DNA of 52,541 nt from Candidatus Nealsonbacteria bacterium (GTDB lineage: Bacteria > Patescibacteriota > Minisyncoccia > Minisyncoccales > DAOVPY01). The notes below the pieces were generated by a model that saw only the letters and a list, made by a program, of their open reading frames with translations, made no database searches and was not told the origin of the DNA. Shown in pieces: positions 1-8,216 of this stretch. The stretch lies in NCBI GenBank assembly GCA_030628945.1, contig DAOVPY010000005.1, forward strand, positions 1 through 52,541, given 5' to 3'. Numbering within the stretch: position 1 is the first letter of the stretch; every line of letters starts with the position of its first letter. Both the position numbers and the translations under genes were made by a program.

Positions 1-37
1 ATTGGGATTTAGTTTCTAATACTCAACAAACAAAAAG

Positions 38-289
38 TTGATGGAAAAAAGAAACTCTCAAGTTTATGTAATAAAAATTTATTGCATGAAATGCAAAACT
101 TTTCTTTACAAATACAGAAAAGAGGGGCAAGGACATTTGATAAAATGTTATAAAGATGGAATTATTAAAGATAATACAAAAGGAGATTTAAGATGTCCTA
201 AATGTAAACAGTTATTTGCAAGAGAGGCTATATATCATAATCGGCAAGCCAATAAAATAATTCAAGGAAAAGTTTATGTTGGAAGATAA
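38..289 (+). CDS. Small putative zinc-ribbon protein
   Basis: Two CxxC motifs (CMKC, CPKC) in an 83-aa ORF. Confidence 0.6.
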   Translation: MMEKRNSQVYVIKIYCMKCKTFLYKYRKEGQGHLIKCYKDGIIKDNTKGDLRCPKCKQLFAREAIYHNRQANKIIQGKVYVGR

Positions 290-298
290 AATAAATCT

Positions 299-499
299 AT
301 GAAATTTAAAAAAGAAATTATTATGGGTTCTGGCAAAACAGCTTATCTAATAGCTTGTTCTAAGGAGGAAATCAAGTTGCTTTTTGGTGTTGTAAAAACT
401 GCGCGGCACCATTTTCCGGAAAATTTTGAATTAAGTCAAGAACGACATAGATTAAACAATATCTTAAAGGAATTAACGAAAATTTACGAGAAAGAATAA
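299..499 (+). CDS. Hypothetical protein
   Basis: 66-aa ORF directly after the previous gene on the same strand. Confidence 0.45.
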   Translation: MKFKKEIIMGSGKTAYLIACSKEEIKLLFGVVKTARHHFPENFELSQERHRLNNILKELTKIYEKE

Positions 500-523
500 A
501 GAGTTGAGAGGTAGGGTAAAAAT

Positions 524-552
524 TTGCCATTTTTCTTTTTAATGTGTAAAAT
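524..552 (+). promoter_or_regulatory. Sigma70-type promoter, probably leaderless
   Basis: TTGCCA-17 bp-TAAAAT, ATG 6 nt after the -10. Confidence 0.6.
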
Positions 553-558
553 AAGTTT

Positions 559-843
559 ATGACTAATGAGATAACACCATCTGCTCCCCATAAAAATTTT
601 GAGGGCATTAAAAAAATTGATGAAAACGGAATTGAGTATTGGAACGCTCGTGAATTGATGCCCCTTTTGGGTTATGAAAATTGGCAAAAAGCAGAAGAAG
701 TTATCGCAAGAGCGGCTCGCGCTTGCATCAATAGCGGCCAAGATGTGGATAACCATTTTAACCGAACGGTTAAAATGGTCAAAATTGGCTCAAATACAGT
801 TAGAGAGGTGACAAAAATAAAAAAACTTAAAAAATCAAAATAG
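559..843 (+). pseudogene. dinD: Truncated DinD-like (BRO-N related) protein
   Basis: FEGIKKIDENGIEYWNARELMPLLGY...VDNHF resembles the DinD N-terminus; ORF ends after 94 aa in a Lys-rich tail. Confidence 0.6.
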
Positions 844-854
844 TTTGATACAAC

Positions 855-890
855 AAAAAAACTCTCCCGCTTAAAGCGGGGGAGTTTTTT
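855..890. terminator. Bidirectional intrinsic terminator
   Basis: AAAAAACTCTCCCGC-TTAAA-GCGGGGGAGTTTTTT between convergent genes. Confidence 0.75.
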
Positions 891-915
891 GTTTTTAATG
901 ATCAATGATAAATAA

Positions 916-1188
916 TTATTTGACCGCGTCTTTGAGAATTTTGCCGGCTTTGAATTGCGGAACTTTTCTTGCCAAAATTGTAATTTTTTCGCCTGTTTTT
1001 GGATTTCTACCCTGCCTTTCTTTCCTAAAACTTACTTTAAATTTCCCAAAACCCGGCAAACTCACTTCTTTGTTTTGCGATAAGGCCTTGGCAATTTCGT
1101 CCAAAACCACATTCAACGCCTCTGCGGATTGTGTCTTGGATAAACCGGTTTTTTTTGATAAAGATTGAACTAAATCGTCTTTGGTCAT
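916..1188 (-). CDS. hup: HU family DNA-binding protein
   Basis: MTKDDLV...GFGKF...RQGRNPKTGEKI...PQFKAGKILKDAVK; ATG at 1188 preferred. Confidence 0.95.
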   Translation of the reverse strand: MTKDDLVQSLSKKTGLSKTQSAEALNVVLDEIAKALSQNKEVSLPGFGKFKVSFRKERQGRNPKTGEKITILARKVPQFKAGKILKDAVK

Positions 1189-1192
1189 AGAT

Positions 1193-2722
1193 TTACCTGG
1201 CGTACTCAATTACTCTATTTTCCCTGATAACATTGACTTTAATTTCGCCCGGGTATTTAAGTTCTTCCTGAATCCTGTCCGCGATTTCCCGGGCCGTTCT
1301 ATAACAACCCATATCGTCAATTTCCTTTGGGCTGACAAAGACCCTGATTTCCCTACCTGCCTGAATAGCGTACGCTTTATCCACTCCGGAAAAACGAGTC
1401 GCGATTGCTTCTAAATCCGTTAATCGCTTCAAATAATTTTCCAAAGTGTCTTTTCTCGCTCCGGGTCTGGCTCCGGAAATAGCGTCCGCGGCTTGAACCA
1501 AAACCGCTTCCAAACTTTCGCACGGATACTCTTCATGATGGGACTTCATAGCGTCAATCACCTCCTTTTCGCAGCCGAATTTCTCCAAAATTTTCATTCC
1601 AATCTCCACATGAGAACCCTGAATCTGGTGGTCAATGGCTTTTCCAATGTCATGAAGCAAGCCGGCTTTTTTAGCGAGTTGGGAATTCGCCCCGATTTCT
1701 AAAGCAAGCGCCTCGGCTAAATAAGCGACTTCCATTGAATGAAGCAGGACATTTTGGCCGTAGCTGGTCCTGAACCGCAACCTGCCCAAAAGTTGAATAA
1801 TTTTAGGGTCAAGTCCCAGCACCCCGGTTTCATAAACAACGGTTTCTCCGGCTTCCTTTATTTGAGAACCAATTTCTTCCTGCGTTTTGGCAACAATATC
1901 TTCAATCCTGCCCGGCTGAATTCTTCCGTCTTGAATTAGTTTTTCTAACGCCTTCTTGGCAATATGCCGCCTGATAGGGTCAAATCCGGAAATTGTTACC
2001 GCTTCGGGCGTATCGTCCACCACTATTTCCACCCCGGTTAATTTTTCCAAGGTCCTGATATTCCGACCCTCTTTCCCGATAATTCTTCCCTTAATTTCAT
2101 CATTGGGCAAAGAAACAGTGCTGGTGGTAAATTCCTGGGCTTGAGAAATAGCGCATTTTTGAATTGCCAGAGCAACTATTCCTTTGGCTTTTTCCTTAAA
2201 TCTTTCCATACCTTCTCTTTCCAATTTTCTGATTTTTTCCAAAATTGCCGGCTGATATTCTTTTTCCGCGGCTGATAAAAGCTCCTTTTTTGCTTCTTCT
2301 TTTGGCAAACCGCTGATTCTTTCCAGATTTTTTACGGACTCCTTCTTAAGGGTTTCTATTGATTCTTTCACTTCCCTGAGCTGTTCCACTTTTCGCCTGA
2401 ACTCTTTTTCCTTTCCTTCTAAATTATCAAATTTTTTCTCCAGAACATTTTCTTTTTTTAATAAAAATTGTTCTGTCTTGATAAGATGCCGTCTCCTTTG
2501 GTCCTCTTCGCTTTTCGCGGCCTCAATAATTTTAAACGCTTTTTCTTTGGCTTCCGCTGCAAGTTGCTCGGTTTTTTCTTTTGCTTCAAGTATTCTTTTT
2601 TGAATCTTGGCTTCTAAGGTTCCGATTTGTTTTTGAGCAATGGATTGACGGGCAAAATAGCCTAAAACCGAACCCAGGGATAAGGCGAACAAGCCCGCCA
2701 AAAGTAGGATTAATAAATTCAT
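1193..2722 (-). CDS. rny: Ribonuclease Y
   Basis: N-terminal TM, coiled coil, KH (KGRIIGKEGRNIR), HD domain (LLHDIGKA). Confidence 0.97.
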   Translation of the reverse strand: MNLLILLLAGLFALSLGSVLGYFARQSIAQKQIGTLEAKIQKRILEAKEKTEQLAAEAKEKAFKIIEAAKSEEDQRRRHLIKTEQFLLKKENVLEKKFDNLEGKEKEFRRKVEQLREVKESIETLKKESVKNLERISGLPKEEAKKELLSAAEKEYQPAILEKIRKLEREGMERFKEKAKGIVALAIQKCAISQAQEFTTSTVSLPNDEIKGRIIGKEGRNIRTLEKLTGVEIVVDDTPEAVTISGFDPIRRHIAKKALEKLIQDGRIQPGRIEDIVAKTQEEIGSQIKEAGETVVYETGVLGLDPKIIQLLGRLRFRTSYGQNVLLHSMEVAYLAEALALEIGANSQLAKKAGLLHDIGKAIDHQIQGSHVEIGMKILEKFGCEKEVIDAMKSHHEEYPCESLEAVLVQAADAISGARPGARKDTLENYLKRLTDLEAIATRFSGVDKAYAIQAGREIRVFVSPKEIDDMGCYRTAREIADRIQEELKYPGEIKVNVIRENRVIEYAR

Positions 2723-2763
2723 ATTTTTGTTCAAGAAGTTGATGATTCTCCAACATAATGTTT

Positions 2764-2822
2764 ACCCTGTTAAATGCCGCTTTGGCGGCAATTTTGGCAA
2801 AGCCAAAATTATTTAATAGGGT
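2764..2822. repeat. Family A palindromic element (two internal hairpins) in the rny 5' region
   Basis: ACCCTGTTAAA-TGCCGCTTTGGCGGCA-ATTTTGGCAAAGCCAAAATT-ATTTAATAGGGT. Confidence 0.9.
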
Positions 2823-2887
2823 GAAAATACCAAAATCTGAAATTGTTTTTACGTTTTAATTATAGCAAACTTCCTGGAAAAAGTAAA

Positions 2888-2914
2888 CCCCCGCGCCAAA
2901 ATTTGGCGCGGGGG
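2888..2914. repeat. GC-rich hairpin related to family C; possible terminator
   Basis: CCCCCGCGCCAAAATTTGGCGCGGGGG. Confidence 0.6.
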
Positions 2915-2945
2915 TAAAAAAATAAACTTAATCCATTATTGCACC

Positions 2946-3677
2946 TTAAAACTTAGCGCACACTGCTTTGTCCCAATCTGTGAGCGTGCAACTTCCGCTG
3001 ACCAGACCCCTTTGACAGGAGCCATCGGAGGGACGACATGCCCTACAGCTGCATGAGCACGATCCCTTCCAACCCAATGGTGTTATCCATCCAGTTACAG
3101 AACACGAGCATGAACATATACGTCCGTAAGAACCTGAATAATTCCACGTGCAGGAAGCATTCTCATGCAGCAGAACTGCCTCATACCCTGAAGGACAGGT
3201 AGGATTTGTCCCTCTAACTGTTATAACCTTTTCTTCTCCGCCAACATTAACAAATCTTGAATCGCAATCAGCGCAAGAACCAATTCCTGCTGAAGGCCAT
3301 GTTGTTTTTTTTACTCCGCCCAGGATAATTCCTTTGCTCACATTCAAATCGCCGGACATTGTGATATTGCCTGTGCTGCCGTCTATTTCCAAGGTAACCT
3401 TGTTGCTGCTGTTCTTTACAATCAGATTTCCGTGCGCGGAATATAAATCAGGGATGGCTCCTCCGACATTGATATCGTCTGTGTAAAAGGTTCTTAAACC
3501 TAAATCCCCGTCTTTGGCTTGATAATTTGTCCCCATATTTATTGGCGCAGATACATTACCTCCTGGCGGACCGACAGACGGCTCTGTCCAGGCAAGGACA
3601 ACGTAACCAAGTAAACAGGAAACTGCCAGAACGCCTAAACACAGAGGAATAATTTTGTATGAAATTTGCTTTGCCAT
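2946..3677 (-). CDS. Secreted/surface protein with Cys-rich C-terminus
   Basis: Hydrophobic N-terminus, AWTEPSVGPPGGNVSAPIN motif, many Cys in the C-terminal half. Confidence 0.7.
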   Translation of the reverse strand: MAKQISYKIIPLCLGVLAVSCLLGYVVLAWTEPSVGPPGGNVSAPINMGTNYQAKDGDLGLRTFYTDDINVGGAIPDLYSAHGNLIVKNSSNKVTLEIDGSTGNITMSGDLNVSKGIILGGVKKTTWPSAGIGSCADCDSRFVNVGGEEKVITVRGTNPTCPSGYEAVLLHENASCTWNYSGSYGRICSCSCSVTGWITPLGWKGSCSCSCRACRPSDGSCQRGLVSGSCTLTDWDKAVCAKF

Positions 3678-3745
3678 ATTACTTCATTATACCGCATTTC
3701 AAAATAAAAATCCCTATGGATAACCAAAAATCAAGCTGTTGCCGG

Positions 3746-4327
3746 CTATTTTGTCTTAATCACTTCGTCAATAATGCCGTATTCTTTTGCTTCCTCCGCA
3801 GACAAATAGAAATCCCGGTCCGTGTCTTTCTCCACTTTCTCAAACGCCTGTCCCGTATGTTTTGCTAAAATTCTGTTCAACTTCTCTTTTATCTTAACAA
3901 TCTGTTTCGCCGTAATCTCAATTTCCACGGCCTCGCCGGAAATTCCGCCGGCAACCTGGTGAAGCAAAACCTCGGCGTTGGGCAGGGCAAACCGCTTTTT
4001 TGGCGCGCCGGAAGCCAGTAAAGTGGCTCCCATTGAACCGGCCAAGCCGATACAAACCGTGGAAACCGGCGCTTTAATATACTGTATTGTGTCGTAAATC
4101 GCCAAACCGGCTGTTACCGAACCGCCGGGAGTATTAATATAAAGCTGAATATCTTTCTTGGGGTCAACGCTGGATAAAAACAAAAGCTGGGCAATAACAG
4201 AATTTGCCACAATATCAAGAATAGGCCCTGACAGAAAAACAATCCGCTCCTTTAAAAGCCGGGAATAAATGTCATACGCTCTTTCTCCGTATTGGGTTTT
4301 TTCTATAACTGTTGGAATTAAATTCAT
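3746..4327 (-). CDS. clpP: ATP-dependent Clp protease proteolytic subunit
   Basis: [29 protein letters not shown]. Confidence 0.97.
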   Translation of the reverse strand: MNLIPTVIEKTQYGERAYDIYSRLLKERIVFLSGPILDIVANSVIAQLLFLSSVDPKKDIQLYINTPGGSVTAGLAIYDTIQYIKAPVSTVCIGLAGSMGATLLASGAPKKRFALPNAEVLLHQVAGGISGEAVEIEITAKQIVKIKEKLNRILAKHTGQAFEKVEKDTDRDFYLSAEEAKEYGIIDEVIKTK

Positions 4328-4403
4328 AGTTGCTTTTTGATTAAAATTATGTTAAATATGTTTTAGACCTTTAATAAATTATAGAACAAAAAGGAGAGAA
4401 AAA

Positions 4404-4886
4404 ATGTTGCTGGAAATAATAGAAGGATTGTTGATAATGATATTTTTACACGCTTGGCCCGCGGTGATTTTTTGGGAAGAAAAAGGGGTTACTTTTGAGA
4501 TTGCTTTTTTTCTTTTAATTTCCTATTGGATTTTTTGGCTGTTTCTAATTTATTACGGACTGAACTATAGATTGATGAAAATTTCGCGAAAATGGCGGTC
4601 TCTGGAAATCTTTATCACCGCTACAAGACAAGAGGCAGATGAAATGATAAAAAATATTCCTGATTGGAGATTCCAAAAAAGATTAACCGATTGGCTGCTC
4701 TCAAAAGGGGAGACAATCACTTTGGCCCTTACTTTTATACCCTGGATTATTATCCTGCCGACTGCCACTATCATCGCGGCTCGGTTGATGAAAATTCCGC
4801 GCGCTTTTCCGGTTCTCTTTGCCGGAATTATTTTCAGGGCTTTTATTCTCTGTTTGACCGTTTATGGCTTTGGTATTTTACCATAA
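4404..4886 (+). CDS. Hypothetical membrane protein
   Basis: AGGAG RBS upstream, several hydrophobic segments. Confidence 0.65.
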   Translation: MLLEIIEGLLIMIFLHAWPAVIFWEEKGVTFEIAFFLLISYWIFWLFLIYYGLNYRLMKISRKWRSLEIFITATRQEADEMIKNIPDWRFQKRLTDWLLSKGETITLALTFIPWIIILPTATIIAARLMKIPRAFPVLFAGIIFRAFILCLTVYGFGILP

Positions 4887-4910
4887 CCTTGTTAAATTAT
4901 TTAACAGGGT
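4886..4910. repeat. Minimal family A element (arms only), supplies the nusA stop
   Basis: ACCTTGTTAAATTATTTAACAGGGT; nusA ends N-P-V-K-stop inside it. Confidence 0.8.
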
Positions 4911-6165
4911 TTTTCTTTCTTGGTTTTTTCTCTTTTTTTTCTTTTTTCTCTTTTTTCCCGGCTGTTTTCTTTTTTTCTTTTTCCTCTTCCTCTGCCTTTT
5001 CCGGACTTCTGATGTCAATCTTCCAGCCCGTGAGTTTTGCCGCTAAGCGGACATTTTGGCCTTCTTTGCCAATAGCCAAAGAAAGCTGGTCCTCGGGAAT
5101 AATAGCCATGGCTTTATTTTTGGGTTGAATTTTTACTTCTATTATCTTAGCCGGAGCCAAACTATTAGTAATATATTCCTCCGGGTTCTCGGACCATTCA
5201 ACAATGTCAATTTTTTCTCCCCCTAATTCCAGAATTACGGCCCCGACTCTGGTTCCTCTCTGTCCCACCATAGAACCAATGGGGTCCACGCCGTCAACCT
5301 CTGAACTCACTGCGATTTTAGAACGGGAACCTGCTTCTCTGGCAATGGATTTAATTTGAACCGAGCCGGCGGCAACTTCCGGGACTTCTAATTCAAAAAG
5401 TTTGGAAATTATTTTGGGATAAGCCCGGGACAAAAAAATCCTTGGGCCCTTTGGGGTTTCTTCCACTTTAATAATATAAACCTTAAGCCGCTCGCCCGGT
5501 TTATAAAACTCCCCGGGCACTTGCTCTTCTCTCGGCAAAATTCCTATGGTTCTGCCAATATCCATGAAAACCGCTCCGGATTCTATCCGCTGAACTATGC
5601 CAGAGATTATTTCCCCTTCTTTGGATTTGTACTCCTGATAAATAGTATTCCTTTCTTCTTCTCTAATCCTCTGCATTATTACTTGTTTGGCGGTCTGGGC
5701 GGCAATTCGGCCATAATCGCTTTTGGCCTCTAAAACCGTTTCCATCTCTTCTCCTGTTTTAATCTTGGGATTTATTTTTTTTGCGTCCTCAAGCATAATA
5801 TGCCTCTCAGAATTAAATCTTACCTTTGCCTCTTCTTCAACGCATGAAACCTCTTTAACAGAGGAAAACTCTTCTCGCCCGGGTCTCTTTCGCCCGGCTG
5901 TTGAAGGGACAAACTTCTCTTTCAAGGCCTCTAACTCCTCTTCGGAATAAATCATTGTTTCATCCACTACTAATTTTATCTGCCAAAATTTAATTTCGCC
6001 TGTTTTAGAATTAAATTTTGCTTTGATTTTCTGGCCTCTCAGCCCGTATTCTTTCTTGTAAGCCGCTGCAATTGCCTGCTCAATGGTTTCAATAACTTTT
6101 TCCGCGCTTATTCCTTTTTCCTCGGCAATCTGAGCGATTGCAGAAGTAAAATTCTTTAGATCCAT
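4897..6165 (-). CDS. nusA: Transcription termination/antitermination factor NusA
   Basis: GRIAAQTAKQVI, S1 and KH domains, AREAGSRSKIAV, LAIGKEGQNVRLAAKLTGWKIDI. Confidence 0.97.
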   Translation of the reverse strand: MDLKNFTSAIAQIAEEKGISAEKVIETIEQAIAAAYKKEYGLRGQKIKAKFNSKTGEIKFWQIKLVVDETMIYSEEELEALKEKFVPSTAGRKRPGREEFSSVKEVSCVEEEAKVRFNSERHIMLEDAKKINPKIKTGEEMETVLEAKSDYGRIAAQTAKQVIMQRIREEERNTIYQEYKSKEGEIISGIVQRIESGAVFMDIGRTIGILPREEQVPGEFYKPGERLKVYIIKVEETPKGPRIFLSRAYPKIISKLFELEVPEVAAGSVQIKSIAREAGSRSKIAVSSEVDGVDPIGSMVGQRGTRVGAVILELGGEKIDIVEWSENPEEYITNSLAPAKIIEVKIQPKNKAMAIIPEDQLSLAIGKEGQNVRLAAKLTGWKIDIRSPEKAEEEEKEKKKTAGKKEKKEKKEKKPRKKNPVK

Positions 6166-6177
6166 AAATGCCTTAAA

Positions 6178-6299
6178 TTTCTAATTTCTAATTTCTAATT
6201 TCTAATCAAATCCCAAATCCCAATTTCTAATGTCTAATTTTTTGGTCATTGGTTATTGGACATTGGGTATTGATTAGGTTAATTAGGTTAATTAGGTTA
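6178..6299. repeat. Compound 7-mer/9-mer tandem tract between rpsA and nusA
   Basis: (TTTCTAA)4 plus variants, TTGGTCA/TTGGTTA/TTGGACA/TTGGGTA, (ATTAGGTTA)3. Confidence 0.9.
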
Positions 6300-7550
6300 A
6301 TTAGACATTTTCATTTTGAGCGCTATTTTGTGGTTTTCCCGGTCAATCTGCAAAATTTGAAATTCATATTTTTTGCCGAGATTCAAGGCCTTTTTCATCT
6401 TTGCCTCGGTTCCAAATTCAGAAATATGAACCAAACCCTGAATTTCGGGAGTAAGCCGGACAAAAGCGCCAAAAGAATTAAATTTGGCCACTACTCCTTT
6501 TATTATATCGCCTTTTTTATATTTTTTTTCAATATGGTCCCAGGGATTCTTTTTTAACGCCCTTAAAGACAAGGAAATTCGGCTGTCGGCGATTTCAATG
6601 ATTTTCGCTTTTACTTTTTCGCCAATTTTTACAACCTTGCCCGGGTCGTCAATCATTCGCCAATCCAATTCAGAAATATGAATAAGCCCTTCCAGGATCG
6701 GAATGGTTGGCATCTCTTGGGCCCCGGCTTTTTTATCAAGCCCTGTGAGGTCTTTTGGGGGCGAAAACCTGATAAAAGCGCCGAAATCCACAATTCCGGT
6801 GATTTCTCCTTCCACTATAACGCCCGGCTTAAGGTTTTTAAATCCTTTTTTAAGCTCAAAGAGCTTCTGGGCTTTTTCTGATAAAATAAGTTTTTCTTGT
6901 TCCTGGTCAACGTCAAATATCTTAACTTCCAATTCTTTGCCAACAAGTTTTTGAAGTTCTCTGGCAATTTTAATCTTGTCTCCTTCGTCTACCCTGGGAT
7001 AATATTCAAAAGAAAGCTGAGAAACCGGCAAAAAACCGGAGATATTGGCTACTTTTGTCAAAAGCCCGCCCTTATTCGCTCCTAAAATTTTAACCGTAAT
7101 CTTCTCGTTCTTTTCTTTCTTTTTTCTCAACGTTTCCCAAGCCAGTTCTCGTTCGGCCTGCTTCACGGAAAGTTCAATATAGCCCTCTTCATTGTCCAAA
7201 TCCAAAACCTTGGCAAAAATCTCTTTCCCCAACTTTAAACTTTTGAGAAAATTTTTTGCTTCGTAAAATTCTCTGCCGTAAATAATTCCCGCGCCAATGG
7301 CTCCCAAATCAATAAAAATAGCCGACCCCTTTATTCCGATAATTCGGCCGCTCACTACATCGCCGAGCTTTGGAAAACCAAACAGATTATTTTGCTTTAC
7401 CCTGTTAAACAATTCCGCCTCTGGCGGAATTCCTTTGCTTTTAGCGGAGGGTTTAACAGGGTGAACCTTGTTAAACAATTCCGCTGCGGGCGGAATTTCT
7501 TTGCTTTTAGCGGAGGATTTAACAGGGTGAACATTTTTTTCCATAAGCAT
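6297..7550 (-). CDS. rpsA: 30S ribosomal protein S1 (four S1 domains) with a repeat-derived N-terminal extension
   Basis: Repeated FGAF...EGLIHISE motifs; two 22-aa repeats at the N-terminus. Confidence 0.9.
   Translation of the reverse strand: MLMEKNVHPVKSSAKSKEIPPAAELFNKVHPVKPSAKSKGIPPEAELFNRVKQNNLFGFPKLGDVVSGRIIGIKGSAIFIDLGAIGAGIIYGREFYEAKNFLKSLKLGKEIFAKVLDLDNEEGYIELSVKQAERELAWETLRKKKEKNEKITVKILGANKGGLLTKVANISGFLPVSQLSFEYYPRVDEGDKIKIARELQKLVGKELEVKIFDVDQEQEKLILSEKAQKLFELKKGFKNLKPGVIVEGEITGIVDFGAFIRFSPPKDLTGLDKKAGAQEMPTIPILEGLIHISELDWRMIDDPGKVVKIGEKVKAKIIEIADSRISLSLRALKKNPWDHIEKKYKKGDIIKGVVAKFNSFGAFVRLTPEIQGLVHISEFGTEAKMKKALNLGKKYEFQILQIDRENHKIALKMKMSN
7399..7528. repeat. Two tandem family A elements (64-bp cores, 66-bp period) in-frame in rpsA
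   Basis: 7399-7462 and 7465-7528; encode VHPVKSSAKSKEIPPAAELFNK and VHPVKPSAKSKGIPPEAELFNR. Confidence 0.92.
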
Positions 7551-7618
7551 AATAACTCTAACCTATCATAAATTGGAAAATTTGGCAATAGTTTTGGTTT
7601 ATGATAGAATGAGAAAAC

Positions 7619-8209
7619 ATGCGTATTACTTTGCATAACCAATCATTATTTCATATCACAACCCAGGATAAAAAAAATGGGTTAGTTAATATTATTATTG
7701 ACCCCTTTGCTCTAAAATCAAAAACCTCTAAATTAGAGGCGGATATTTTATTGCTCAGCCGGCAAAACGAAAAAGCCGTTGACATTAAATCCCTGTCCGG
7801 AAATCCATTCTTAATCAACGGGCCTGGCGAATACGAAATAAAGCAGGTCTTTATCCGGGGAATTTTTGCTAAAGACGAGGAAAACAAAGAAATCGCTATT
7901 TATACAATTGAGGCGGAAGACCTCAAATTATGCTATCTTGGCGGCTTTGACCAGAAAGAATTAATTGCTGAACAACTGGAAAAAATCGGCGATGTTGATA
8001 TTCTTATTATTCCCGTAATGGAAGCAAAAAGAATTATCAATCAGGTTGAGCCAAAAATAGTGATTCCAACACGCTGTAAATCCGCGAAAGAAATGGATAA
8101 ATTTCTAAAAACAATGGGTCTAAAATCAATTGAACCCCAGAACAAATTAGTCATTAAGAAAAAAGACCTGCCGCAAAAAATGGAAATAATTATCCTATCA
8201 GACCGATAA
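7619..8209 (+). CDS. MBL-fold (Lactamase_B_3-like) protein with degenerate metal motifs
   Basis: [33 protein letters not shown]. Confidence 0.75.
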   Translation: MRITLHNQSLFHITTQDKKNGLVNIIIDPFALKSKTSKLEADILLLSRQNEKAVDIKSLSGNPFLINGPGEYEIKQVFIRGIFAKDEENKEIAIYTIEAEDLKLCYLGGFDQKELIAEQLEKIGDVDILIIPVMEAKRIINQVEPKIVIPTRCKSAKEMDKFLKTMGLKSIEPQNKLVIKKKDLPQKMEIIILSDR

Positions 8210-8216
8210 GTCCTAT

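Noticed and set aside
6249-6557. ORF with LIRLIRLIR repeat
   Set aside because: Antisense to rpsA; the repeat is the translation of the 9-bp tract
7399-7528. 66-bp period resembling a CRISPR repeat-spacer unit
   Set aside because: The whole unit is duplicated, there is no unique spacer, and it is in-frame in rpsA
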